Assembly: GCA_023213395.1 (NCBI GenBank)
Contig: CM041465.1
Location: forward strand, 41,547,741 to 41,611,740
Source of the DNA: Cycas panzhihuaensis
Taxonomy: Eukaryota > Plantae > Cycadophyta
Length of the DNA: 64,000 nucleotides
Direction: 5' to 3'
Shown here: piece by piece, positions 28,107-39,600 of the stretch
How the letters are laid out: the number at the start of each line of letters is the position of its first letter
How positions within the stretch are numbered: position 1 is the stretch's first letter
The notes under the pieces: generated by a model
Told to the model about the DNA's origin: nothing
Database searches by the model: none
What the model saw: the letters and a program-made list of their open reading frames with translations, nothing else
Program-made: the position numbers and the translations under genes

Positions 28107-29159
28107 GAGGAATATAGATGAAATATGGAAATGTAAGTAAAAGAAAGAGTAGAAAAGCAAATTAGAAAGACTTATTTAAAGTGGGAGATGGAATAAAATG
28201 AATGGAGAATAAGAGGAGTCCAATGAATGACTATGTACACTAGTAGAGTCAAAGAGTAACTAGGAAGTTTTGGTAACTCCCTAGTATTATCACTAAAGAT
28301 GATTCCATAGGCTTGAGCCAAATCACCTAAGACAACTCAAGATTAATCATATAAGATAAATGTAAGAGGGTAAGGACTTAAGTGATGTGACTCAAGGGGA
28401 ATCCTCAACCCTTCTGTTAATGAAAAGGGATGATTCCCTAGGGATGTGTTGAACATATAGGTATGAGTGATAAAGTGTCATTGCAATTTGTTAATTTTTA
28501 TGTTAGAACAAGAAATCAAAGAAAATCAAGAAAAATAAAACATATCTAAGCTAAGAAAAATAATAAATCAACCTAATCAAATCAATTAATTAGATAAACA
28601 AGGTCCCATTTTTCTCAAAGAAAAAAGAAAATAACCTCCCAATAAATAGAAGCGTCACTAGGGAAACCATACCTATAAATGAATGGCTTAAGTATTCCTA
28701 TTTATCTATCCTTCTAAAAGTTTTTCTAGATGGGAAAAGTCCTACCCTAGACCACTAGTCCACCTAAAGGGTTAATAGACTACATTGTGCTTATCTAAAG
28801 AATATGACAACTAATTATTATAAGGACTCAAGAGATCTTAGACCCTATATTAATAACTCTATTAAGGGTCAACCACTAGAAACTCTCTCATCACATGATG
28901 ATCCACCTATAAGGATGGATAACCTATGAATACCTACATCCAATTTTAAGGGGTTATCATACTTAGTAATGAAGGAAGATAAAGAAAAATCCACTCTCAA
29001 CCCAAAGAGTGATGGTAAGTTGATATCTTTAGTGTTTAAAATATGACTAGAAGATAATAATCCTAAAGAAGAGAAAGTTTATATATCAAAAGGGTCAAAT
29101 CTTGATTTATCAAACAACCCTTCATAAAGGGATGTATTTATCCCTAGGAAAAGGACATG

Positions 29160-30733
29160 TGGTGGTGTTCTAGGGGGCTCTTGGGTTTGATCCCCATTAA
29201 GGCTTCTAGAAAGATGGTTGGGCTATAGAGGGAACCAAAACTTAATATCTCTCAGTTTCTTTTCATAATTAAAGTTTGGAGACATAAAGCTCAAGAGGAC
29301 CTAAAGGACCATCTTTGCCTAACTCCTAAGGAGGAGTCTTCACCTAGTAGTGTTATCTACCTAAGTGTGAGTGAAATACGACAAAAGGTATGGATGTGAA
29401 ATGGGGTGATAGAATCCACAAACCTATATGACTTGAACAAGGAGTTCTCAGTTTACAATCGTGCTTACAATATTCTTAATGTCCTTCCTAGGGATTCCTC
29501 TCTTGTAATTATTTCAACCTTTTGAGTTTTACTAAGATGTGAGAGAGGGTAGGCTATTGGAAAGATAGTTTATCTTGTTTTGGTTTCTAGATTTTGATAT
29601 GATTACAAAGATATGTAGCCAAGAGAGCAAGATAACCAAAGAAACTACAAGATCAAACTCACATAAATCTTTTTATTTTTTATTTTTTTAATAAAAGCAA
29701 AAGCAAATAAACTAGAAATTATACATGCAAGTTCTTTTTTTTTTTTTTTTTTCAAAATAAAAAAATGCATATGAAACTATAAGATAGCTTTCCTATATAA
29801 AACATGCATAATTCATTTCAAAAGGGATGATGCTATGAAAAATCTAAAAGTAACCACATAAATTATTTTTTATGTAAATTTCTTTTAAAAGAGACCAATG
29901 AATATGCAAAACTAGCCAATATGCTCCAATATTGATGAATGCAATTAACTCTCTTAATAAAGTAATGAAATAATACATAAAAAGAGAAATTCTTAAAGGA
30001 AATTACTGTTGTTTTTTAATAATTTTTAGACCCATGAGATGATGGACAAATCATAAATTTGAACAATAATCATCAATGCAAGAATAATCACCATAGGTTC
30101 TATCACGATTAGAGTAATAAGAGCTCTAAAAGGAATCCTTGAACCCAATGTACAACTAAAAATCAGAGATGTTTTAATCAAACAACACTAACTTTTCATT
30201 CATAAGATATAAGGGCTAACCTGAAAATAAAAGTCCATGCAATCATAGATACAAGACAAACACTTTTTTCCTATTGTAAAGAGCACCTTAGAATGGTAGT
30301 TTTCTTTTTAATTGACCAACTTTTCACATACTTTCCTTCAAAGAAAGATCAAAGAAGGAAGAACAACAATACAAAGAGGCCAAACTAGAACCAAACAATG
30401 CCAAAAAGAGTGGCAATCCAACTAAAATATAGACTACTATGATAGAGTGGGAAGAAATAGCTAGATGTATGTTAGAGAGATGACCATGCCCCACCCTAGT
30501 CTATCCTTAAGGAACCCCACAAAGGGCTAACCTTTCAACATATATTTCAGTATCAAAAATATAAATGCAAGTACAATAATAATCAATCAATAAAAATAAA
30601 CAATTCTGAGCTAAAATTACCTTCAAAACACCATGAAACAAGTATAAAACTCAATAGGAAAGATCTTACTAAATCAAGAGAGGTTTGAAGTATAAAACTA
30701 ATGAAGATCTAAGAAAATGAAAGCTCAGACCAT
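29160..30733 (-). repeat. 3' LTR of B (truncated)
   Basis: Direct repeat of 49274-50857; similarity stops abruptly after ...AGACCAT. Confidence 0.9.
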
Positions 30734-30955
30734 TAAGTGGTCTACAAGTACAACCAAGTGGTATGCAAGTGTAACCAAGAGGTCTATAAGTGTAACAAGA
30801 GGTCTGTAAGTATAACTAGGCAGTCTATAAGTGCAACTAGGTTATCTATAAGTGTAACTTAAGGCCTGTTGGTGTAACTTGAAGGTGCAACCTAAAGCTT
30901 GTAGGTGCAACCTAAAGCCTACAAGTACAACCTTTGTGACCATAAGTACAACCCA
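30734..30955 (+). repeat. 20-21-bp tandem repeat in the LTR of C (second copy ~41143-41295)
   Basis: Units CAACCAAGTGGTCTACAAGTR grading into CAACCTAAAGCCTACAAGTR. Confidence 0.85.
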
Positions 30956-32934
30956 AAAAATAAAAAAATAGATGGGATTTTGACAGGAAAAAAGGAGTCT
31001 ATTTTACGTGAAATTTTAGGAGGATGATTTTACATGTGTCCTCTACATAATAGGAGAAAGAAAACCCTAGATTAAATGGTTTTAAGTTAGTTTCATAACT
31101 GATAAAATGTTAGTTGAAAAACTACAATGAGAAAACTATTTTAGGAAGAAACATACATGGCAGGGATTTAAAACTGCCTAGATTTATTTAGGAATAGGAA
31201 GAAGGATGCCCAGCAATTGTAAATGCAATAAGAGGAGCAAAAATCATGGGAAGATAATGCAAAAATAGCTTTCCAAAGAAGAAGAATGACTCCAAACTAA
31301 AGACAACATAGGAGAAATGGAGGAAAAAGAGGTACAAAGAAGAAACACATAGAAGAAGAAAAAGAAAAGTGCTAGATCTATTCGTGGGGACATTAAAGAA
31401 GCCCAAGAAGGCTTAGTTGTAGCTAAAGGAAGAAGAAAACCAGCCATAGTAGTCCAAGAAAAGACACCTAGGTAGAAATCTTCTCTAAGAAAGGGTTTAT
31501 GGATGAATGACAGCCAAAACTTCATACATAGATCATGAATAATAGTACCAAAGAGTATGTAGTAGCCTAAAATACACCCAACACGCATTCCTCCACTCCC
31601 AAATTGCTATAGTAGTCCTATTCACATTTAATAGAGCAAAAAATTATGGAATTTTATAAGGAAAAATCCAAATATTTTTAAATTTAATGTATTATTATTG
31701 TATATGTTAGAATATAATGTTTAATATGTGTGTGATTAAGTAAAGTGGGTCTAGGATTAATAGTCATAGTCCTAAGTCTTAGAGTCAAAGAGTTACTATA
31801 GTATTATATGAGAAGATAGAAGATTATTGGTTAAGTTAGTGGTGTAATATCATTAGTTAGAGTAAAGGTAATAGTCCCACATGTATTAGATCTATAGAGT
31901 GATCTCTCACCTACTTTGTATATAAAAGTGGTTGAAGTGGTATATGAAAGACAAGTAATCATGGAGACTCATATAGAGTCCATGGTACGGTTGGTGTTCT
32001 GATATAATTCATTGATGTTGAGTTATTTCATTGTGATTCTTATCCATTGATATTGTTTGGTGTTAGTTGATGATGCTTTCCATGTTATTTTAACTTGGTA
32101 TTAGAGCAGGCCATCTTATTGTAAGAAGAGGATTGAGAGAGGGGAAGTCCAATGAAAGATAAAGCACTCAAGCAAGAAGGCAGCTTCATTAAGGGTTACC
32201 GGGTTAGAGATCAAATTAGAAGAAAAGTTTCAAGGCCTTGTTACGAAGTGTGTCAGGTAACGTCATTCCTTTATTATGCTATGTGAAACAACCATGTGTT
32301 AGGGTTTATCTTGAAGTTGAGGACAGAATGTATAGAGAAGCAATGACATTTGAAGTTATCTAAGAATTAACATTTTGAGCCTTCTTATTGAATGTGTGTT
32401 ATGGGTTATGAGAAAATTATTTATGGGCTGAAACCCTAGTTGTCAAAGAAAGCATGGTTAAAAGCTTTTTACAACCATAAGCATGAAATGACTATTGTCT
32501 ATTTGTAAAAATTACCCACTACTTGAAGAGCAAACTGCATGTGATGAACACCAAGCTGTTTGACATTGTGGAGATTAATAACACATTTTACTTCTGCACA
32601 TCTTAAGTCTTAATACGTGAGGGCAATTGGTGTTCACAAAATTCCCCAAGTTCCTTGTTTATAGATAATAAGCACAATACAGACATAGCCTCAGGTCTAT
32701 GGATTGGCCTTTTCTTTTTTATTGTGTATATATTAGGATTTTGTAGCCACGTTATAGGGTAAGCCTAATATGGTCCATGTCTATTGTTTGAAGATTAAGA
32801 TATTGTATGACATACATCATTGACAATACGAGTAATATTTCTAGATAAAACATAACGAAATTTTATCATCACTATAAGTAACATTTGTGGCAATTTGATT
32901 GTCTTGTTATAGCCAATCTGACTGGCACTGTCAT

Positions 32935-33420
32935 TTACCCCTTACAACATGGAGCACTATTGCATACAACTGGAAGAGATACCATAATTATGGTTTATGG
33001 TTTATCTTGGTTTATACTAGCTGGGTTCATTATTTTGATGTTTAAAGTGATCGCCATCAACCGAAAGGCTGCTGTAAACTTTTAGTTGCTATTATGATCC
33101 ATACAAGGCATTGCACTATAGATTATAATAGGACTGTTATGAAAGTGACAGTTGTAAACCCTTTTTACCCTATATTCTAGCATTTGTTCCAACTGCTTCA
33201 GCTATCTGTGTCTTTCCATTACATGGAAACCTACTATGGAAAGTCTCAACTCATGGAAGTCAATCTGTAGAGTTGTCTGATTATATGATGCAGGCATTCT
33301 CATTATAGTGCTCTAGTTCCCTTTCATACCAATATTTTAGACACACACTCTCTTTAACTAGGCTCCATCCATGAGCTAGAAATATCCATCATTCTTGCAG
33401 AGAATAGGCCAAATATTTAG
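32935..33420 (+). pseudogene. CALS: Captured callose synthase (1,3-beta-glucan synthase, GSL8/GSL10 clade) C-terminal fragment
   Basis: Translation across frameshifts: LQHGALLHTTGRDTIIMVYGLSWFILAGFIILMFKVIAINRKAAVNF*LLL*SIQGIAL.../YILAFVPTA.../ITWKPTMESLNSWKSICRVV*LYDAG...*FPFIPIF*THTLFN*APS/ELEISIILAENRPN. This follows the recalled CalS order VYGxSW, VNFQLLLRFIQG, LAFxPTGW, AWKP, ARLYDA, WFPFxSTFQTRLLFNQAFSRGLEISxILAGN. Confidence 0.9.
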
Positions 33421-33909
33421 TTATAATACTTCACAAGTTGGAATAGGTCTTTATAGAGGCAAGATCGATTACATGAATATGGACAGAATTAATACAAGGT
33501 GACTTCTGGGTGCTCTACCACTAACTAGTGAAGTTGCAGCTATCTCTGGCTTAGGGTTGGAGCTGTAGCATCTGTGCTTATAATGTAATGATCTTGCAAC
33601 CTCTAGAGTCTAGTATATATGTGCTTTGTAATATAACTTTAGCTATTTAAGGTAGCTAGAATCAAGAGTTTAAAACCTGAGATAGGAAGAGTGGGTTTTG
33701 GCTAAGATCACGCCCTTTTATTTTCTTTGTACTTTTAGTATCTGTTATCTTGAATGGTTCTACATTATTACCTCTTGCTATAATTTGATTTAAATATGGT
33801 AGTATCAAGTTCATGTGAAGTCACACAGATGTGTAAACTTACGCCTCCTAAGGGGTCACCACCCTGATCAAATAAACCTGTATTAAAATGATAAAATTTC
33901 TTTAGATCA

Positions 33910-34092
33910 TACTTGGAGGGAATTGAAGTGTATGAGGTTGTCATCAAATCCTTGAGCTCTTTTCTGAATCTGTTCAGGACATAGAGGTTGAAGTAGGAGT
34001 TACTTAGAGGGAATTGAAGTGTATGGGGTTATCATCGAATCCTTGAGCTCTTTTTCTAAATCTATTCAGGACATAGAGGTTGAAGCAGGAGT
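33910..34092. repeat. ~91-bp tandem duplication inside D cargo
   Basis: TACTTRGAGGGAATTGAAGTGTATG...GACATAGAGGTTGAAGYAGGAGT occurs twice. Confidence 0.9.
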
Positions 34093-36616
34093 CTATCAAT
34101 TGAAGACATCATTACTGTAAGTGTATCAACTATAGTAAATTCTATTTTGAACATAGGTCCTTAGTAGAGTTGATCCTAAAATGAGTTGGTGTTGTTCCAC
34201 TTATTAACCTGGTTATGGAGGTAGCTGACACTCTTAGTATCATCGCTAAAATCAAGGTCATAGTCTATGGCTCTCATGTACAGCTAGTAGGATGTGATGG
34301 CAGGTAATTTCTTAACTTTTTCCATTATCTTTCTTGTGCTCAATAAAGCACCTGGATAGGAAACAATGGCATGGTTTGTGCTTAATGTAGACTATTCTTT
34401 TTGAAGATCTAGAGCTCCAGAAAAGGTGTTCTCATGTTTCATTATTTTTACAATAATGGATGTATGAATTTGATTGACACGTACATAATACATTGAGAAA
34501 AATTCTTCTTGGAGAACACTTGGATTGGTCTTTTTCTTAAGGCTAAAGTACTTTTTAATTCATACATTATAGAGTTGAGTAACGTCATAATTTTTGTGCC
34601 TAAAAAATATGAATACTGGCTATCGGATCTCCCTTTTCCTTTACCCAAATATATTAAAACTAATTTTTATTTTTGGAAAATTAAGATGGAGAGCATATTC
34701 ACACTAAAGAAACTTTAGAAAATAGTTATGGGTATTGAATTGGCTCATGAAGAAGGGGAAGAAACTTTCAAAAAGAAAAATAGAATCATCATTGACAAGG
34801 ATAACCTTCCTTCTTCCTATCACTTCATTATCCAGGTTCTACAAAATACTGACTCAGTTGAAGATGCCTAGAAACTATTGTCAGAAGTGCATGAAAAAGG
34901 ACCTAAAGAAGTGTAGCAGAGTATCAAAAAGGTAAAGAATCAAAGGAAGAAGCTAAGGAAAGAAAAAAGGAAAAAATAGCATGACAAAGTCTTGACTCCA
35001 TCAAATATCTTAAGTCTCATCAAAGAACCTGCCTTGGAGGTTGAAGATTCCAGACATCAATCTTTACTAGTAATAGTTCATGGAAACACTAGTAACTTAA
35101 CAAAAGGTATAGACAATATCATCCTAGTTTATATCAACAAATTTATGACTAGGATTTAAATGATGTTAGGATATGCATTGATATGTATGTGTTGGAGATT
35201 TTTCATAATATCTCTCAATTCAATCTCTATGTTCATCCTTGAGAGAATCCAAATTATGATAGTATACCCTATAAGGTCATTAGAAGGTTCCTCCAAAGAA
35301 AGAAGAAACATGAGAAGAATATCATATAATCAAAATCTTATGCATCAATATCACTGTAGGTTTTTTATAGGCTTCTTAGCATTAAAACTCAATCATATTA
35401 AAGTAATATTTCACATTTATGTAGTAGTAATAGGCAAATACATGAATTTGACCATAATGAAGACTCTCATCATTCTTGGCACAAAAAATTTCCTAGATCA
35501 CATAAAAGGAACAAAGTATCTTGAACAAAAGAAATTCAAAAATAGATCATTATTGCTCATTCCCTTTCAAGGTGGTGATCAATGGATTGAAAAGTCAATC
35601 ATCTTAGCAAGCTTGGAAATAGATAAGGAGAAGCCAATTTACTTCATATTCATTCTAGGATGACCATACCTCTTCCAAGAGTACACGAGAAGATTCATCA
35701 AACAGGAAACAGGATGTAACATAGTAAACAGGACATACATGTTTTGCAATGTATTAGATGAAGATAAAGCTCAAGACATCATCATTAGAAAGATTCCAAG
35801 ACTCAAGAGATAGAAGTTCAAACATCACTTCAAAGACAAGCCAAGTCAAGTCCTATGTTAGTTTTGTTATATTGTCCTTAGTTTCTATAGTCTCAAACTC
35901 AAGTCAAGTCCTATGTTAATTTGTGTCAGTCATGTCAAATTATCTTTAGTTCAAACATTAAACATTAAGGGGAGGTGTTAGAATATAATGTTTAATATAT
36001 ATGTGGTTAAGTAAAGTGGGTCCTAAGATTAATATTCATAGTCCTAAGTCTTAGAGTCAAAGAGTTACTATAGTATTATGTGAGAAGATAGAAGCTTATT
36101 GGTCAAGTTAGTGATGTAATGTCATTAGTTAGAGTAAAGGTAATAGTCCCATATACATTAGATCTATAGAGTGATCTCTCACCTACTTTGTATATAAAAG
36201 TGATTGAAGTGGTATATGAAAGACAAGTTATCATGGAGACTCATATAGAGTCTATGGTACAGTTGGTGTTCTGATATAATCTATTGATGTTGAGTTATTT
36301 CATTGTGATTCTTGTCCATTGATATTATTTGGTGTTAGTTGATGAATGCTTTCTATGTTATTTTAATTGTATATTATTCTAAAGTTGTTTCAATTGGACT
36401 AAGTTTTTACTTTTCCATTCAAATTTTAATCAATATTTTTGGTATCAGAGCTTATTTTCTTAAAACCCTTGGGAATTTAAGGATTTTTAAAGAAAGAGTG
36501 AAAAACCCTCTTTACTTTAGCTATGAAAAAGTTTTATGAAAACTAGATTTTAGTATTTGTTGACTGGTGAGCCTTCAACTGAACCACTTAAGAGAAAGTG
36601 TAAATAATGAAGCAAG

Positions 36617-39600
36617 ATGGCTAAGCCAAAGCAAGAGATAAAGAAAAGGTTCATAAAGATGGAGCAAAACCTCGATAGACTAACTTAGCTTGTGGCGTAA
36701 CTAGTCTCTCAACAAGGTGCAACTTCTTCAACAACCAAAGGTATAAAGAAGGAAGAAGATGAACCTGTGAAAGAGGAAATAAATAAAGAACCTGCAAAAG
36801 ACCAACAAGAAGAGGAAGAAGATGGCAGTCCATTGATAATAACATATCCATTCAAGGTAGAGGCAAAACTTGAATTGCCCATATATGATAGAACTTTAGA
36901 TGCTGAAAAATTAGGCAATTGATTGGACCAACTAGAAACATATTTTTCAATTTATGGGTATAAAAACTAGCAAAAATTTACTTTTACTATGTTAAAATTA
37001 TCTAAGAATGTATTAGTTTAGTGAAATGCATACCTTAAATCCCATAGTATAGATGAAATTACATGGCAACAATTTAAAATCCTCATAAAGAATAAATTAT
37101 ACCCTATTAGGTATGAAGAGCAGTAGAGGATTAAATGGTAGTATTACCGATAGGAAAAAGGCCAAAATGTTTAAGACTATACAACATAATTTCAAAAGCA
37201 AGTTATTATGTTAGGCATCTCTTTACTAGGTAAATACATTATGTTGAAGTATATTGGAGGTCTACACTAACATATTCAAGAAGAACTTCAACTATTTAAA
37301 GTTAAATCACTCGATGAAGCCATCAAGAAGGCGATTAGGTTTGTAATGAGAGGAAAAGGTTTATACCTCAAGAAGGTAGCAACAAACCTACCCAAGAAAA
37401 GAAGTTTCCAAGTAAAGTTAGACAACAATCAATTAGGGGTTTTGGCAAGAAGAAACAAGCCAATACCACCCAAGTCAAAGTCATTTGTATACATTATAAG
37501 CGAGTGGGTTACAACATAGAAGATTGTTGGTTCTTACATCTAAAGAAATAGCCTAAGAACAAGGGAAAAGGTAAAGCTAAAACTGAAGATAAATCTTTAC
37601 TTAACTCTGTAGGTGATGAAGATGTTTATGGCATTGAAGGAGCCAATGAGAAGCTGATGCTCATGGCTAATGCAGAGCCTAAAAACAACCATCAATAAGT
37701 TGATCCAGAGATTAGAGAGGAGCTTTTCATGGTAAGAATCCAAGTGAAGCAAAGTAATAGTTGATGTCATCTTTGATAGAGGACGCCAAAAGAACTTAAT
37801 CTCAAAGGCATTGGTAAAGAAGCTAAGCTTAAAAATCCATGTATATCTAAAACCATATACTCTTAGATGGCTGCAAAAAGATTCAGAGTTGTAGGTTACT
37901 CACTAATCTCGTATCTCTATGATAGAGATGAAGTTCATCATAGGAGGCTGAGGAAGATTTGACTCATCAAGGATGGGAAATCATATCTGATCAATGCATC
38001 AAATCTATAAAAGAAGATCTCTCTCATATCTTTGTAACAAGTGAAAATATTAATTAATACTTATAGAAAGTTTATGTTGCTGATGATAAAGTAAAAGGTA
38101 GAAGAAAAAGAGCAAGCAAAGTCCTTAATGTAGGAGTTGGATAGGAAATAAATGCAGCAAATTGAAGGCCTAAGAAATAGGTACAATGACATATTCTAGG
38201 AGCCAAAAGGATTGCCCCCTAAGAGGGAAATTGAATATGAAATCCAGTTGGTTATTGATTCACCCTTTCCCAATCTTAGTCTCTACTGAAACTCAGCTTT
38301 GGAGAATGAAGAGATTAAGAGGTAGATTCAAGAACTCTTAGAGCAATAAGTGATCAATTTAAGTTGTTCCCCATGTGGTTTACCTATCGTTTTGGTGCCA
38401 AAGAAAGATGGAGGATGGAGAATGTACATTGACTACTAGGCTTTGAATAAGATCACCATAAAGAATTAACATCCCTTACCATGGATAGATGACTTCTTGG
38501 ACCAACTACAGTCCACAAGATATTTTAGCAAGTTGGACCAGAAATCAGGCTACCATCAGGTTCAAATCTAGGAGGAGGATACTTGAAAGATAACCTTCGA
38601 ATCAAAGCAAGAGTTATTCGAATGGTTGGCGATGCCTTTTGGTCTGTGTAATACATATACCACCTTCATGAGGTTGATGAATGAGGTACTAAGACCTTAC
38701 ATTAATAACTTTATAATTATTTATTTAGATGATATTCTGATTTTGAGTCATACTTGGGAGGAGAACCTCCAACATGTTGAGGAAGTGCTTAAAGTCCTCC
38801 AAGAGTAGTAGCTGAAACCTAATCTAAAGAAGTGCAAGTTTAGAAAGTAATCTCTCATCTTCTTAGGTTTTGTAGTTGGAGGAGGAGAATTGAAGATTGT
38901 CATAGCAAAGATTAGAGTCATTCTCAATTGGCCTAAACCCAAGACAACCACGAAGGTAAGAAGTTTCATTGGTGCATATCAATATTTAAGAAAATTTATT
39001 TTTAGATTCTCTCAAATTGCAGTACCTCTTCATGTATTGATGGGAGGATATACAAAGTTTCATTAGGAGCATAAACAAGAAAAACCTTTTAGTCTTTTGA
39101 AGCAAAAAATTTATGAGGCACCAATGTTATCCTTACCCTCGTTACAAAAACCATTTAAATTAGAGACTGATGCTTTAGGTCATGCCATAGGAGCAATGTT
39201 GAAGCAAGAGAGAATACTGATAGCATACCATTTAGAGATATTTAATGGAGCTATCATAAACTACCTAATTTATAATAAGGAGCTTTATGCATTACACTAA
39301 GCAGTCAAGCATTAAAGACCATATTTATTGGGAAAAGACGTGGTCATCCACATTGACCATAAGCCTTACAATTCTTGCATACATAGTCTAAATTGTAGCA
39401 GGTCAAGTATAAGAAAAGTATGACAAACAAAATTGTAGACTTACTATCCTGACCTCCTTAACAACAAGGTATTTCTAGTTTGTTGGTAGCTATGCAATTT
39501 TAGCCTTTCTACCATGATGAATATATTGATTTGTACTTAGAAGATGAGGTATTCAAGCCTATCTTTGAGCAGCTACAACAGGGAAAAGTAATTACTAATT

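Larger units (their letters stand above)
31705..36368 (+). mobile_element. Element D: non-autonomous copia-derived LTR element carrying captured host sequence
   Basis: LTRs 31705-32095 and 35976-36368 differ by about 23 substitutions and 2 indels by hand count. TSD GTATA (31700-31704 / 36369-36373); PBS TGGTATTAGAGC 32096-32107; PPT TAAGGGGAGG 35966-35975. Copia gag N-terminus TNFYFWKIKMESIFTLKKL*KIVMGIE at ~34660-34740. No RT, RH or INT motifs recognised. Confidence 0.92.

Noticed and set aside
30734-30955. Short periodic repeats (also 18741-18893, 43785-43871) as a CRISPR array
   Set aside because: Head-to-tail degenerate units with no unique spacers, no cas genes, and located inside plant retroelements.
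31188-31588. Hydrophobic ORFs (also 41538-41756) as env-like or membrane genes
   Set aside because: Antisense reading of the A-rich LTR of C. It is duplicated only because the LTR is, and has no recognisable domain.
34250-34650. Faint resemblance of D cargo to WASH subunit SWIP (minus strand) or ARM repeats (plus strand, ~34186-34300)
   Set aside because: Only a few scattered residues match from memory, too little to name a product.
35160-35663. 167-aa ORF in D as a functional gene
   Set aside because: No recognisable motif; lies in the decayed post-gag interior. Not callable without a search.
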